Below are positions 43,779 through 56,669 of a DNA stretch of 64,000 bases, in pieces; the stretch's first letter is position 1, and every line of letters starts with the position of its first letter. Position numbers and translations under genes: made by a program. The notes beneath the pieces were generated by a model. The model saw only the letters and a list, made by a program, of their open reading frames with translations. It was not told the origin of the DNA and searched no databases. Source of the stretch: Octopus vulgaris (taxonomy: Eukaryota); the NCBI GenBank assembly GCA_951406725.2, contig OX597819.1, forward strand, positions 129,704,001-129,768,000, read 5' to 3'.

Positions 43779-43828
43779 CATATATATATTCATACATACA
43801 TACATACATACATACATACATACATACA

Positions 43829-43862
<34 letters not shown>

Positions 43863-43890
43863 CAGACATACATACATACATACATACATA

Positions 43891-44188
43891 CATGATGGCT
43901 GCCCCCTCGTTATTGAGTATGGCCATTGCACGAAGCTCAACTGTTACTGGTGCTGTGATCGAATGTGACTTTTTAGCCCAGTTAAAGATCTACAATGACT
44001 TGTACAGAATTGGCAACTAAAACCTTTACCGGTAATAGCCAGCTGTAGTTGTAACTGGGCTTCATGTACCTTTGCATGTCGTTTAAGTCCTCCTGCCAAA
44101 TTACACTCTCTTCCACATGCCCGACAGATATGATTAGTATGGTGTGTAACACCACCACCAGTGGCTACGTTGTCACTCATCTGTCTCA
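43891..44188 (-). mobile_element. RTE-type LINE 3' end with two C2H2-like fingers and (ATGT)n tail
   Basis: HICRACGRECNLAGGLKRHAKVH..FSCQFCTSHCRSLTGLKSHIRSQH*; second, highly similar copy at 57879-58128; embedded in (TACA)n. Confidence 0.7.
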
Positions 44189-44192
44189 TACA

Positions 44193-44220
<28 letters not shown>

Positions 44221-44223
<3 letters not shown>

Positions 44224-44440
44224 TGCCTAAATACCAATCTTGAGAAATTAGGCTTCTCAAAACCAGAAAGGAGAAAGCTAATTCAAAGACTAAAGATCCA
44301 AGCCATCACTGGAACTGTAACAATCCGTAAAACTTTCCGGAAGTTAATCATTTATATATATATATGAGCATGTCTAGATATGCAACTATATGCATCGGAA
44401 TACATACATAGAACAAAACATACAAATCTGCACATATACA
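44221..44440 (+). mobile_element. 3' end of a restriction-like-endonuclease (R4/Dong-like) non-LTR element
   Basis: CLNTNLEKLGFSKPERRKLIQRLKIQAITGTVTIRKTF resembles the L..LG..LQ...L.GT..I C-terminus of RLE-type ORFs. Confidence 0.55.
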
Positions 44441-44586
44441 TACCTACATATACACACACACATACATATACACATACATACAAATATGTATGTTTAACTG
44501 AAAGCTTTATATGCATATACATATGTGTGTGTGCGTTTGATCGAACGTCACGCATCCTATTCCAAGTTTTATCTATATATATATTT

Positions 44587-44622
<36 letters not shown>

Positions 44623-44664
44623 TATATGCAAATATAATATAAATAACTAAATGCACACACACAA

Positions 44665-44740
<76 letters not shown>

Positions 44741-44758
44741 TATACATATATATATACA

Positions 44759-44936
44759 TGCCTCCGTCTTCCCTTCCTTGGATCTTTCCTTTTCCTATGT
44801 TTCTCACGAAGACCTCCGCTCGAAACGTTAAATCCTCCTTCTTTCTTTCCTTTCCTGAGCGTCCAATAAGACTATACTTATTCCACGTCCTTGCGTTGTT
44901 GTGTTTTCTCTTTGTGTTTTCATGTTTGGATTAACT
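44759..44936 (+). mobile_element. H1-related hammerhead element (distinct subfamily)
   Basis: 44799-44833: GTTT CTCACGA A GACC TCC GCTC GAAAC GTT | AAAT; shares downstream TTCCTGAGCG with H1; (TA)n on both sides. Confidence 0.6.
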
Positions 44937-44959
44937 ATATATATATATATATATATATA

Positions 44960-45014
<55 letters not shown>

Positions 45015-45016
45015 TA

Positions 45017-45742
45017 TTATCGCCAAACTAATATGGCAGTCCATAAATATAAGACTAAAGCTGTCGCTGATTTGCTCCAAGAGGCCATCGCCTCTAGCTA
45101 GCTATATGACACACGAACCTGCGTCCATTACGACCTTCGAACAGGGGAGGTCAGCCGCTTCACCTTGCTGGTCAGACATCTCCCCTGTTCGAAGGTTGTA
45201 ATGGACGCAGGTTCGTGTGTCATATAGCTAGCTAGAGGCGATGGCCTCTTGGAGCTAATTAGCGACAGCTTTAGTCTTATATTTATGGACTGCCATATTA
45301 GTTTGGCGATAACTATTAATATCCAGTAACGCTGCCGTAATCTCCTTTAGAGAGACTTAGTAATTTTAATATTTCTATTATTGAAAACAAGTGGATGTAT
45401 TCCACTGAAACTAGGTAAATAAAATCTTCTAACAGACGGTCGGTAGCGACACCTGCTGGGTCTGACTACGCTGCATTGATAAAGAGCAACAACCCTGAAA
45501 CATGTCTGCAGATGTCTGACCAGCAAGGTGAAGCGGCTGACCTCCCCTGTTCGAAGGTTGTAATGGACGCATGTTCATGTGTCATATAGCTAGCTAGAGG
45601 CGATGGCCTCTTGGAGCTAATCAGCAACAGCTTTAGTCTTATATTTATGGACTGCCATATTAGTTTGGCAATAACTATTAATATCCAGTAACGCTGCCGT
45701 AATCTCCTTTAGAGAGACTAAGAAATTTTAATATTCCTGATA
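45017..45742 (+). mobile_element. Penelope-pLTR/retrozyme-like element (family H3): inverted partial copy plus ~1.55 tandem 362-bp units
   Basis: 45181-45375 repeats at 45543-45737; 45017-45181 is the reverse complement of 45510-45674; flanked by (TA)n. Confidence 0.85.
45471..45511 (+). ncRNA. Minimal type-I hammerhead ribozyme motif
   Basis: CTGCA (stem I) - TTGATAA (cf. CTGATGA) - AGAG CAACAA CCCT (stem II) - GAA - ACATGT (palindromic stem III) - C | TGCAG. Predicted cleavage after 45506. Confidence 0.75.
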
Positions 45743-46115
45743 TGTATATATATATATATATATTTATATATGGTTCCCCAGCATAGCCGCAGCTCTCGAG
45801 CGGAAATTAGAAAAGGAAAAAAATACGTATATACACATACGCAGAGCCAGAGAGAGGGGAGGAGAGAGAGAGAAACAAGGTAGCACATGAGCAAGCATTG
45901 ATACATACACGCAGAAATATATACACATGCACATACACACACACACATAAGCAAGCACACATACGGATCTGACACTAAGCAGGGTTAAAGAAGACTGTTA
46001 AAAATTTGCACAACGCTAATAAGATGAGGAACGCCGGAACTTGATGAATGACGACACTTCATCAGGAACAGCTGTCTGTCTTTGAGAGTTACTATAGTTT
46101 ATTAACGTGTACGAC

Positions 46116-46190
46116 CAGCGGTGGATTAACCATTAAGCAAAATAAGCACGTGCTTAAGACATCAAGGGAGGGAGGGAGGGGCACCACAGA
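46116..46190 (+). mobile_element. Possible DNA-transposon terminus (hAT-like)
   Basis: CAGCGGTGGATTAACCATTAAGCAAAATAAGCACGTGCTTAAG resembles CAGGGCCGGATTAA-type ends; no partner TIR found. Confidence 0.3.
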
Positions 46191-46392
46191 AATGGTAAAT
46201 AGTTGACGGTACAAAAGAAATCACTTTCAACTTGTTAAAATAATATTCAGTATACCTTTATCCCTACTAAGTATAGATGCAGATGTGTGACCTAAGATTA
46301 ATTTTGAGGATCTGATCAAAGACTCTGCAATTCAAAAAAGGAGGAGGAAACTACCCCTGGTAAATTTACTTCCTGTCAATTTTACACACATG

Positions 46393-46449
<57 letters not shown>

Positions 46450-47064
46450 CAAACGCATAAACTCACACATTCATATGTATGTGTGCGAGTGTGAATGCAT
46501 GCATATATGAATAAGTGTACATATGTTTGAATACATGTATGTATGTTTACACACACACGCACTCATGTACGTGTTCATATGTGTCTGTGTATGTATAATT
46601 GTGTGTGTGTATGTATATATGTATATTTACATGTAGATGCATACATTCACAATCTTTCAATATATGCACGTTTGTATAAGTGTATGTAAATGAAGAAAAA
46701 GATTAGAATATTTAGACTATGTTACACTTATATTACTATACAATTTCTCTGTATTTTCTAAAAAAAATTATTTTCGGTACCATTTACAGAAATAGCACAG
46801 TGTCGTTTGCATAAATATTTTATCATAGAAAATTATTATTGTTTAAATAATATTCTGTTACAAAACTACTGTTATATAAATAAAGATTTTATCTCACAAA
46901 ACTATTGTCATTTAAATATTTTCTAAAGACATGTTGAAAGTTACAAGATTTCGCTCTGCAAAATTACATAATCGTATGTGTTATTGTTTTACAGAACCAT
47001 ATGCCACTCAAATATGAAATCTTATTCTTGTGCTTTGTACTCGAAGCACTCGAATGTTGGATCG

Positions 47065-47230
47065 TCTCTGTGGTTCCTCTATTTGCTAGAAATAGCAATC
47101 ATATCCCCTACAAAGCACACACCAACGCCTCTAAAAGAGGGCGGGTTCACTTCAGTTAAGATTCTCTAATCTTAGATATTCACTTTCTAAAGAGAGTCTG
47201 CTTGATCAAGTTAGAACTAGAGCTAAACCG
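47065..47230 (+). mobile_element. Family E copy
   Basis: TGCTAGAAATAGCAATCATATCCCC..GTCTGCTTGATCAAG..GAGCTAAAC. Confidence 0.55.
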
Positions 47231-47538
47231 CAATCCACACCTGAAATCCAGATCGGTTTTAATACAACTTGAAATCTGTATCTCCATAGTATGTGGTTCA
47301 AAATGTTTTTCACCAGAGAATTTCAGTCAAACTGGTGAGGGTTTAAGGATGAAAGTAACATCAGGTGTTCAGTAAAAGCGTTGTACCACTCCACCAGATT
47401 CCATGTTCGATCAACAGCCAGAGACTGTTTATAGTCAGGACTGGTGAGCTCTTCGTACCTTTAATTCCTGAATCAATATGAGACCTGGCGTTTTACCATC
47501 ATTTCTTTTACTCAAACCTTATATTTTCCATTCTGTAA

Positions 47539-47750
47539 GGTGGCGAGTTGGTAGAATCGCTAACACACCGAGCATAATGCCTAGCAGCATATCGTTCGTT
47601 TCTACGTACTGAGTTCAAATACCACCGGGTCGACTTTACCTTTCATCTTTTCAGGGTTGATAAAATAAGTACCAACTGGGCACTGGGGTTGCTCTAATCG
47701 TCTTAGTCCCTCCACCAAAATTGCTAGCCTTGTGCCAAAATTAAAAGCCA
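47539..47750 (+). mobile_element. SINE family A with TSD-like flanks
   Basis: ATATTTTCCAT(T)CTG at 47521-47535 and 47751-47764. Confidence 0.8.
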
Positions 47751-48326
47751 ATATTTTCCATCTGGAAGATTAGTTTAAATTTTCTTTTTTTCTCTTTTCG
47801 GGTAGAAGTAATTAGTTGTACAAAATAGGTCTTATATTAAATTTTGGACTCCAATGTAAGATTAGTGTTTTGTAATTTATTAAGATCAATTGTTTCTCCC
47901 ATCATCGGTGTTAATCTTCAATGTAAAACATACGGCAGGGGTTCGAATCTAGTTAAAGTTAAATATTTTCTATCGTTTTTTCTCCTGCTTTCTGAAAACG
48001 TATGTTTTATATCTTTATATCTCACTCGTATAGATCGAAGATTATGGTGTGCCAATCAGGAAGTACAACGGGACGCAGTTTGTCCGTGACTGATGTAAAT
48101 CATAGATGTACGGAAAAAGAAAGAAAGAAAACAAAAAGAAATTAAATGAAATGGAGGCATGGACAGAGGTATCTTCGTCCACCGAGGTGAATGCGTTCGG
48201 CAACATATAAATATATGGTTTTCATCGAGGAACTTTATTCGGACCACTAAGTTTTTGTTCGGCAAGGACGGCCACAGCTGGAACAGCTTTTACTCAATCA
48301 GACCTGACCCGAGGTTAAACAACAAC

Positions 48327-48328
48327 AG

Positions 48329-48366
<38 letters not shown>

Positions 48367-48367
48367 G

Positions 48368-48400
<33 letters not shown>

Positions 48401-48423
48401 AGACCACCACCACCACCGCCACC

Positions 48424-48473
<50 letters not shown>

Positions 48474-48549
48474 AATTACTACCACCACCACCACCACCAC
48501 CACCACTACTACTACTACTACTACCACCACCACCACCACCACCACCACC

Positions 48550-48596
<47 letters not shown>

Positions 48597-48672
48597 AACT
48601 ACCACCACCACCACCACCACCACCACCACCACCACTACTACTACTACCACCACCACCACCACCACGACCACC

Positions 48673-48722
<50 letters not shown>
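48327..48722. repeat. Alternating (CTA)n/(CCA)n array
   Basis: Directly visible; begins right after a family E tail (GACCTGACCCGAGGTTAAACAACAAC). Confidence 0.97.
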
Positions 48723-48749
48723 ACAATCGTTCGAACGGGTATGTCCTTA

Positions 48750-49260
48750 CATAATCATTCGCTCAGTAAGAAAAGCTACCAAATCTCCTTTAAACAGCTC
48801 TCTGATGTATTAAAAAAGGAAGGCGGCATTCGATTATATAGTCATAGATAGACATTGTGTCTGAATAGAAGACAGGATGGCCACGGGTGAAACGCGTGCT
48901 AGCTCTGCTGGATAAGGGCTACATTGGAATCACAAAACACCAACAATTAGCAACAATGATGTGCTAATGAGTAAACCTGCCGATGGTCGCTGTATATGCT
49001 AGAAATAGCGACTAAGTCTCCCTGAAATCATTCGCTGCCACATTAGATAAAGGGAAGAGCATGGTGTAGTAAATTTTGGATAAAGTATAGTCTTTTGTAT
49101 ACGATGTATATGAATAAAAGATATATTTTTTTATTCATTTGACACGGTTGGAGCGTCTTTGATCATAGGACTTTTGGATAAGGGTCGATTTAAACCACCA
49201 CCACCACCACCACCACCACCACCACCAAAACAACAACAACAGCAGCAACAACAACGACAA
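48750..49260 (+). mobile_element. Two tandem family E copies, the second with a (CCA)n(AAC)n tail
   Basis: AGAAAAGCTACCAAATCTCC..GATAAGGGCTAC and TGCTAGAAATAGCGACTAAGTCTCCC..TTTGATCATAGG..TTTAAAC. Confidence 0.6.
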
Positions 49261-49817
49261 TAGCAGCACTCAATGAATTTATATTTCCGAATCTGCCACA
49301 GTTACAGTATAAAAGTCATTGAAAAATCTCTATCACTCGGGGTGTCGGTCCAGCACGGAACCACAGTGTAACGACGTTGCTATACCCTTTAACACTGCAA
49401 CTAACCACCGCCATTTTCTCTTCCGCCCTAATGCACATCTGCTCTACTTCACCGTATTGCTCGATTCTATGGAAGAGTAAGGGAAGGAGAGTAAGGGGGT
49501 AGGTGCAAGGAGAGTGAGTCGTTCCATTAAGTTACTCCGCTGGAACTTTCTAAAGAAGGAATTGCTTTGGCTTAAGTTTTTTTTGTTTAGTTTTATATTT
49601 TATTGGACTTTCATGATAAAGAAAGGATTATTATTATTATTGATGTTGTTGTTGTTGTTGTGGTAGCGGGTGCTTTTTTCTCTTTATATTTTGTTATTAC
49701 TATTATTATTATTCTTATTGTTGCTATCTTCATCGTAGTCTTGATTTTTTTCTTCTTTCTTTTCCTCTCTTCTACCCCTTCAATTTCTTTATCATTGACA
49801 TTGTTGTTGCTGTAAAA

Positions 49818-49876
<59 letters not shown>

Positions 49877-50203
49877 GAAGAAGAAGAAGAAGAAGAAGAA
49901 GGACAACAACAACAACAAACAACAATAACAATATTAACAAACATAATTATTATTGTTTTCTTTGTCGTTCTCCATTTTTGTCCGCCTCCTCCCTTTCCTC
50001 CACCTTCTCCTCCTTCGCCTCCCTCCTTCCTCTTCGTCTTATTATTAGTATTCATGTTGTTCATATTGTCGTCGTTGTCCATTTTCCTTTTCCGCCATTT
50101 TATAATTGTCATTATCATTGCTGTTGTTGTTGTTGTTGCTCTCATGTCCTTTTTTTAATACACACACACACGCACACATACATTTACATACATATATATA
50201 CAT

Positions 50204-50320
<117 letters not shown>

Positions 50321-50360
50321 TATATATATGAATATATATATATATATGTATATATATATG

Positions 50361-50396
<36 letters not shown>

Positions 50397-50412
50397 TATA
50401 TATAAATATATA

Positions 50413-50495
<83 letters not shown>

Positions 50496-51112
50496 GTGTA
50501 TGTATATATGCATATGTTTTTTTGTGGGTGTCCAATAATTGCGGCACTCCCTTATGACATTACAGGATTATTTCCCCGTGACCCCACCCTCCTAAAAGAT
50601 GAGAAACTCATAGAAATGTTGTGATCCGAATTGATGTAACATCAACAACAACACCACCACCACCACCACCAACAACAACAACAATTACACCGACAAGCAA
50701 CAACAACAACAACAACAACAACTAACAGATATAGGACATAATAAAACTATTTCAAAAAGGCATTGGCTGTATTATGTGTGTACGTATGTATGTGTATGTG
50801 CGTGTGGGTGTTTATGTGTGTGTATATGTGTATATGTATGTGTGTGCATGAGTCTGTGTATATATGCGTATGTGTGTGTGTGTGTGTGTGTGTATGTGTG
50901 TGTGTAAGAAAAAAACAACAACAAGGACGACGTAATGACTTCGCCCACAAACAGTAACAACAACAACAACAACAACAACAACAGCAACAACAATAAATGT
51001 ATCGTAAGATACAACTGTTTTAAAAGGCATCAGCTATGATTGGTTATATAGAGAAAATAGCAATGACAGCAACAACAACTACAATAACAAACATAAGACG
51101 AATAACAACAAC

Positions 51113-51173
<61 letters not shown>

Positions 51174-52407
51174 GCGACAACAATGCAAGAAAATAAAATG
51201 CCATAATAAAGTGTAAATGAAAAAAGAAAAGCAGAGAAAAAAAACCCCGGAAAAGTAAGAAAAAAGAAAACAAAGTCAACGTGAACAACAACAATAAAAA
51301 AAAAGACATAATCAAGCAAAACGGAGTGAAACGAAAAAGTTTAAAACAATAAAAAGAAGGGTTAAAACGCCTCTTTCACACACATGCACACATACACATA
51401 TAGAAGAGCTCACACACACACATAGGGGTACACTGTTATACACACACACATATATGCACACACACACTTTCTCTCTCAAACAGATTTATAAACCATTATA
51501 CGCATTCACACATTTATAGTCAAAGATACACACACACACACACACATGTATGTGCATACATAGACGTATACACAAAAAACACAGACATACACTTGTAGAG
51601 ACATGCACACGCACACACATACGTACACATACCCACAAACGCACACGCACGCACACACACGTGTGCACGCGCACACGCACACACAAAGTGAGAAAGAAAA
51701 TAAGAGAAAATATGAATGCTTCATTTCTTCAAAAGCTGGGAATAGCTTCTGAAATTCTGATGACAGATTTTTTAAAAGAAATATAATAAAAATAAAAAAA
51801 TAAATAAAAGGAATCATCATCGTCATCATCAAAACCATCAGCGTCAGCGACAATTCCCCTTTCACTCAGCCGAGCTAAATTGAATCATTTCATTTTTGAG
51901 TTGTTTGTGCTGCTTAACAATACAACCGGACGTTCAAAAGCCCGAGACTAACGCGAGTTATGTCCCTTTTTAGACCGGAGGTTCGTAAAGCATTTTACAC
52001 GTTCGGCGGAAGTTGCAGAGAAGAATAGGTTCAAAGAGCTACGTTAAAATCGACCTTCATACATTCGTGCCGATCTGCTTTGCGGATCTTTAAGAGTTTT
52101 CCGACCAAATGAGCCGCATTTCCCACTTACACAAATCGCGAGAGGCCCCTATTTTTCACCTCGTTTCAATCTAGGTTTTTTATTATTTTTTTATCTTTAG
52201 AAACTTAAAAAAAAAGTTCATGCAATATTTTATTAGTTCTTTGTAGTTTTTTGCTCTAAATGGCTCTATTCTCACACTCACTCCTACTCAATTAATCACT
52301 CAATCACTTAGTTATTTCATTCGCACACCCACGAAATCCCGTCATTCACTCACTCACTCACTACCCCATTTTTTTAATCCTTTCATTGTCTATTACATAT
52401 ACCTATA

Positions 52408-52467
<60 letters not shown>

Positions 52468-52518
52468 GGCATGCTTGCTACCCATCCATCCATCCATCCA
52501 TCCATCCATCCATCCATC

Positions 52519-52572
<54 letters not shown>

Positions 52573-52991
52573 TCATTTACCGCCTCGTTAATTACAGTTT
52601 GATAGAAAGAGTGAAAATATGCAAAAATTGATAACACTAAGAAGGACGACGCTAACGATAATTATCATTATGGTAAATTTTAAATATAGGAACTAGGTTT
52701 CGCATTCAATTATTTTCATTGTTGTAAACGGTCAATGTCTTCGAGATCCAGTATATGACTGGTACACAATTTATTACTCCAGGATGAAAGAGAGTTAAAC
52801 ACTGGCGGGATTTTGGTTCAGAACGTAAATGTTAAGTAACCAAATATGGTAAAGTAGATTCTTTGCCACTCTACTGATTCCATTAACCACATCATGATCA
52901 TCTTCGTTGACGTCATCGTCGTCAACGTAGTATTATCACTGTTTTTTATATTTTTTCTCTTTCCTGTCTCCGCTTCTGTTGTGTGTGTAAG

Positions 52992-53252
52992 GGCGGCGAG
53001 CTGGCAGAAACGTTAGCACTCCAAGCGAAATGCTTAGCGGTATTTCGTTTGCCGCTACGTTCTGAGTTCAAATTCCGCCGAGGTCCACTTTGCCTTTCAT
53101 CCTTTCGGGGTCGATAAATTAAGTACCAGTAACGCACTGGGGTCGATATAATCGACTTAATCCGGTTGTCTGTCTTTGTCTGTCCCCTCTGTGTGTAGCC
53201 CCTTGTGGGTAGTAAAGAAATAGGTATTTCGTCTGCCGCTACGTTCTGTGTT
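52992..53252 (+). mobile_element. SINE family A plus start of a second body
   Basis: Full copy, then junction GTAAAGAAATA|GGTATTTCGTCTGCCGCTACGTTCTG. Confidence 0.92.
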
Positions 53253-53254
53253 CA

Positions 53255-53941
53255 GCCTCATCTACAGTATATGAAAACTTCCACGGCGAGGTCGTTGGGA
53301 GCAAGATGGCTCTTCTGACCAGAGTAACACGTCCTTTTCACAAAAAGCAAAAGAGCAATGCTCCAGCTGGTGAGATAAAAACTGGGACAAGGATAGCGGT
53401 CAGACAATATTAAAGGGCGAAGGCGATGCACGCGCTCACCGCCTTTGCTTGACCTTTCAGGAAGGGCTTCTGTTGAACCCATTTCTGGTAGAGTCTGGCC
53501 ACTCTGCTAGTAAATTTTTCTCAGTTTCTTCCCCCCACTAGAGGCTTCTGAAACGAAATTCCAAGTACTTTAGCAGAACGATCTGTCCCGTGACCCACGA
53601 CGTTGTCTGATATGGACTTTGTTGTTGTTGCTGTTTGTTCCTTCTCGAGCCATGCCTGGCTCATAAGGGCCGCTTTCCCGGTTTCTTGTAGTATAGGTTC
53701 CCCACCTGGACGGGACGCCGGTACGTCGCAGGTGAGCTGCAAGATGCAGGAGGAAAGAGTGAGAGAAAGTTGTGGCGAAAGAGTCAGCAGAAGTTTCGTC
53801 ATTACCTTCTGGCGGAGCCGCGTGGAGCTCAGGTGTTTTGCTCATAAACACACACATCGCCCGGTATGAGCTACGAATCCGTGATCCCTCGACTGCGAGT
53901 CAACTGCTCTAACCACTAGGGCATGTGCCTCCACTGTGGGA

Positions 53942-53977
<36 letters not shown>

Positions 53978-54636
53978 GTGTGTGTATGTGCGTACGTGTG
54001 TGTGTGTGTGTGTGTGTCCGTGCGTGTGTGTAGATATACATATCGATATATATTTATATATTATGTACGTATACATAAACTCTGTGTGGGTGTGCTGTTT
54101 GTTCCTTCTCGAGCCATGCCTGGCTCATAAGGGTCAGTTTCCCGGTTTCTTGACGTATAGGTTCCTCACCTGGACGGGACGCCGGTCCATCGCAGGTGAG
54201 CTGCAAGATGCAGGAGGAAAGAGTGAGAGAAAGTTGTGGCGAAAGAATCAGCAGAAGTTTCGCCATTACCTTCTGCCAGATCCATGTGAGGCTCAGGTGT
54301 TTCGCTCATAAACACACACACATCACCCAGTCTGAGATTCGAACTCGGGATTCCTCGACCGTGAGTCCACTGCTCTAACCACTAGGCCATGTGCCTCCAC
54401 TGATATGGACTTTCTACTCTAAGCACTAAATTGCAAACCTATCGAATCATCTTCTTTAAATCGTACTCTTGTTACAACCTCGTAGTCCTTTAGTATAGTG
54501 TCAAACACCGATTTCTGAAGTGTCTGGCACCATGACGGGGTCGTCGTCCGCATATGCCAATATGGCTTTATTGCGTTCTATTAAGAGCAGCGTATTTCTC
54601 AATATTTCTATATTCTGAAGCTACAGCACGACAGCC
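53255..54636 (-). pseudogene. L1/Tx1-clade reverse transcriptase remnant split by a SINE composite
   Basis: AYA/DD (frameshifted YADD)..ILKDYEVVT..SIGLQF..KSIS joined across the TSD to DNVVG..KVLGISF..RN*EKFTSRVARLYQKW..FLKGQAKAV..LFCFL*KGRVTLVRRAI. Confidence 0.75.
53621..54399 (-). mobile_element. Two family C-variant SINEs plus spacer bounded by one 14-bp TSD
   Basis: Copies at 53621-53933 and ~54095-54399; CTGATATGGACTTT at 53607-53620 and 54400-54413. Confidence 0.9.
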
Positions 54637-54651
54637 ATAATAATAATAATA

Positions 54652-54843
54652 AACACCAGGACTTACAAACACATATAACATACAGAAGATTGCACTACTG
54701 GGCACTGCACACATCCTACGCAGAACACTTTCCATACAGTAACCATCAGAGCATCACAACAAATCACAGCACATACCCAAGGCACACAGAGCTGCGCTCG
54801 GTAGTGAAGTGAAAGCAAGTGATAAAAATAAAACTACTGAATG
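54652..54843 (+). mobile_element. Dong/R4-clade non-LTR retrotransposon 3' end in (TAA)n
   Basis: 54653-54742 translates TPGLTNTYNIQKIALLGTAHILRRTLSIQ*, the typical R4/Dong C-terminus; (TAA)n on both sides. Confidence 0.85.
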
Positions 54844-54968
<125 letters not shown>

Positions 54969-54969
54969 T

Positions 54970-55001
<32 letters not shown>

Positions 55002-55041
55002 TATCATCATCATCATCATCATCATAATCATTATTATTATA

Positions 55042-55466
55042 AGGCGGCGAGCTGGCAGAATCGTTAGAAGGCCGGGTGAAATGTTTAGCGGCATTTCGTT
55101 CATCTTTACGTTCAGAGTTCAATTCCGCCATGATTGACTTCGCCTTTCATCCTTTTGGGACCGGAAAAATAAGCAGTGAAACACTGGTAATCGGCTTGTC
55201 CCCTCGTTCAAAATTTCAGGCCTTGTGCCATTACTAGAAAGGATTATTATTATTATTATTAAGGCAGCGAGCCGCCAGAACCATTTGCGAGCTGGGCAAA
55301 AGGCTTAGCGGCATTTCGTCTGTCTTTATGCGCTGAGTTGAAATTTAGCCAGGGCCGACTTTGCCTTTTATCCTTTCGAGGTCAATAAAATATGTACTGG
55401 GGCCGATGGAATCGACTTATCCCTCCCCTCAAAAACTGCTGGCCTTGTGCCAAAATTTAAAACCAT
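55042..55466 (+). mobile_element. Two consecutive SINE family A copies separated by (ATT)n
   Basis: Heads at 55042 and 55262. Confidence 0.85.
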
Positions 55467-55692
55467 CATTATTCTCATTGAATCATTATCGTCATTCAAT
55501 AGAAAAAACAACCCACACGTTTACAGAACAGAACTAATGGAACTTACGCAGTGTATTACTGGTATTTTGTTTATTAACGGCAGAGGAATGATGATGGCAA
55601 GTTGGCTTCGAAGTGATTTGAACCTAGAATGTATGAAATCACATTATGAAGGGATGGCGCTGCAGTCAGTTAAATCGATTGCAGCACGATCA

Positions 55693-55787
55693 TGATGACC
55701 ACCACCACCACCACCACCACCACCACCACCACCACCATCATCATCATCATTATCATTATCATCACTATCATCATCATCATCATCATC

Positions 55788-55821
<34 letters not shown>

Positions 55822-55874
55822 TCACCACCACCACCACCACCATCACTATCATCATCATCATCATTATCATCACT

Positions 55875-55906
<32 letters not shown>

Positions 55907-55940
55907 TTCCGTGGTCATCATCGTCGTCATCACCGTCATT
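55693..55940. repeat. (CAC)n/(CAT)n array
   Basis: Directly visible. Confidence 0.95.
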
Positions 55941-56669
55941 ACCCGTCTTCCGTAAACTCGACGAACCGTATCGAAAATAAGATTTCGAGCATTATTAGTT
56001 GGAGTAGTTTCTTCGATAATTTAACCATGTTTTTTCTCCCCCCCCCCCCCCATATTTTCTGCAAGACTAAACACACCCATAACCGTTGTTGCTGTTGTTG
56101 TTGTTGTTGCTGTTCAAAGCCTAAAATAAAATAAAAAACTCCCCCAAAATATGGAAGATCAACAGCAAAAAAGTATAAAAAAAACAGCCCAACTAATTTT
56201 CATCTCCTTTATTACTCGTGTAAAGGTTTCTCATTAGCTTTGATGGATGATTGCAAGACCACGTTCCTTATCGGTTCCATGCGGTCTTCGACACTCTTCA
56301 CGGATATTCCCCTATCCTGCAGCTCATTCGTTACACAACCATATCACCATATTACCTATTCCTTCTCCTCTCTGCCTCTTCCTTTCTCTGATTTGCTCTT
56401 CTCCTCTCTTTTATTCTTTCTTCTTCTTCTTCTCTCTCTCTCGCTCTCTATCTCTCCCACTCTTTCCTGTTCATTCCAACATTCCACCTCTTCGCCTCTA
56501 TCAAAACCACCACAACCACAACCACAATCACAACCAGCATCGTCACCCTCGCCGCCGCCGCCACCACAACCTCTGCCACAGACACCAACACCAACACCAA
56601 CACCACCCCTATCGCTACCACCATCATGGCCGGTATCACCGCAACCAAAAAAGCTTGTGCGTGGTAGAT

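Noticed and set aside
43944-44237. Host C2H2 zinc-finger gene exon
   Set aside because: Duplicated at 57879 with the same short 3' UTR and repeat tail and a variable 5' truncation, as expected for a LINE 3' end.
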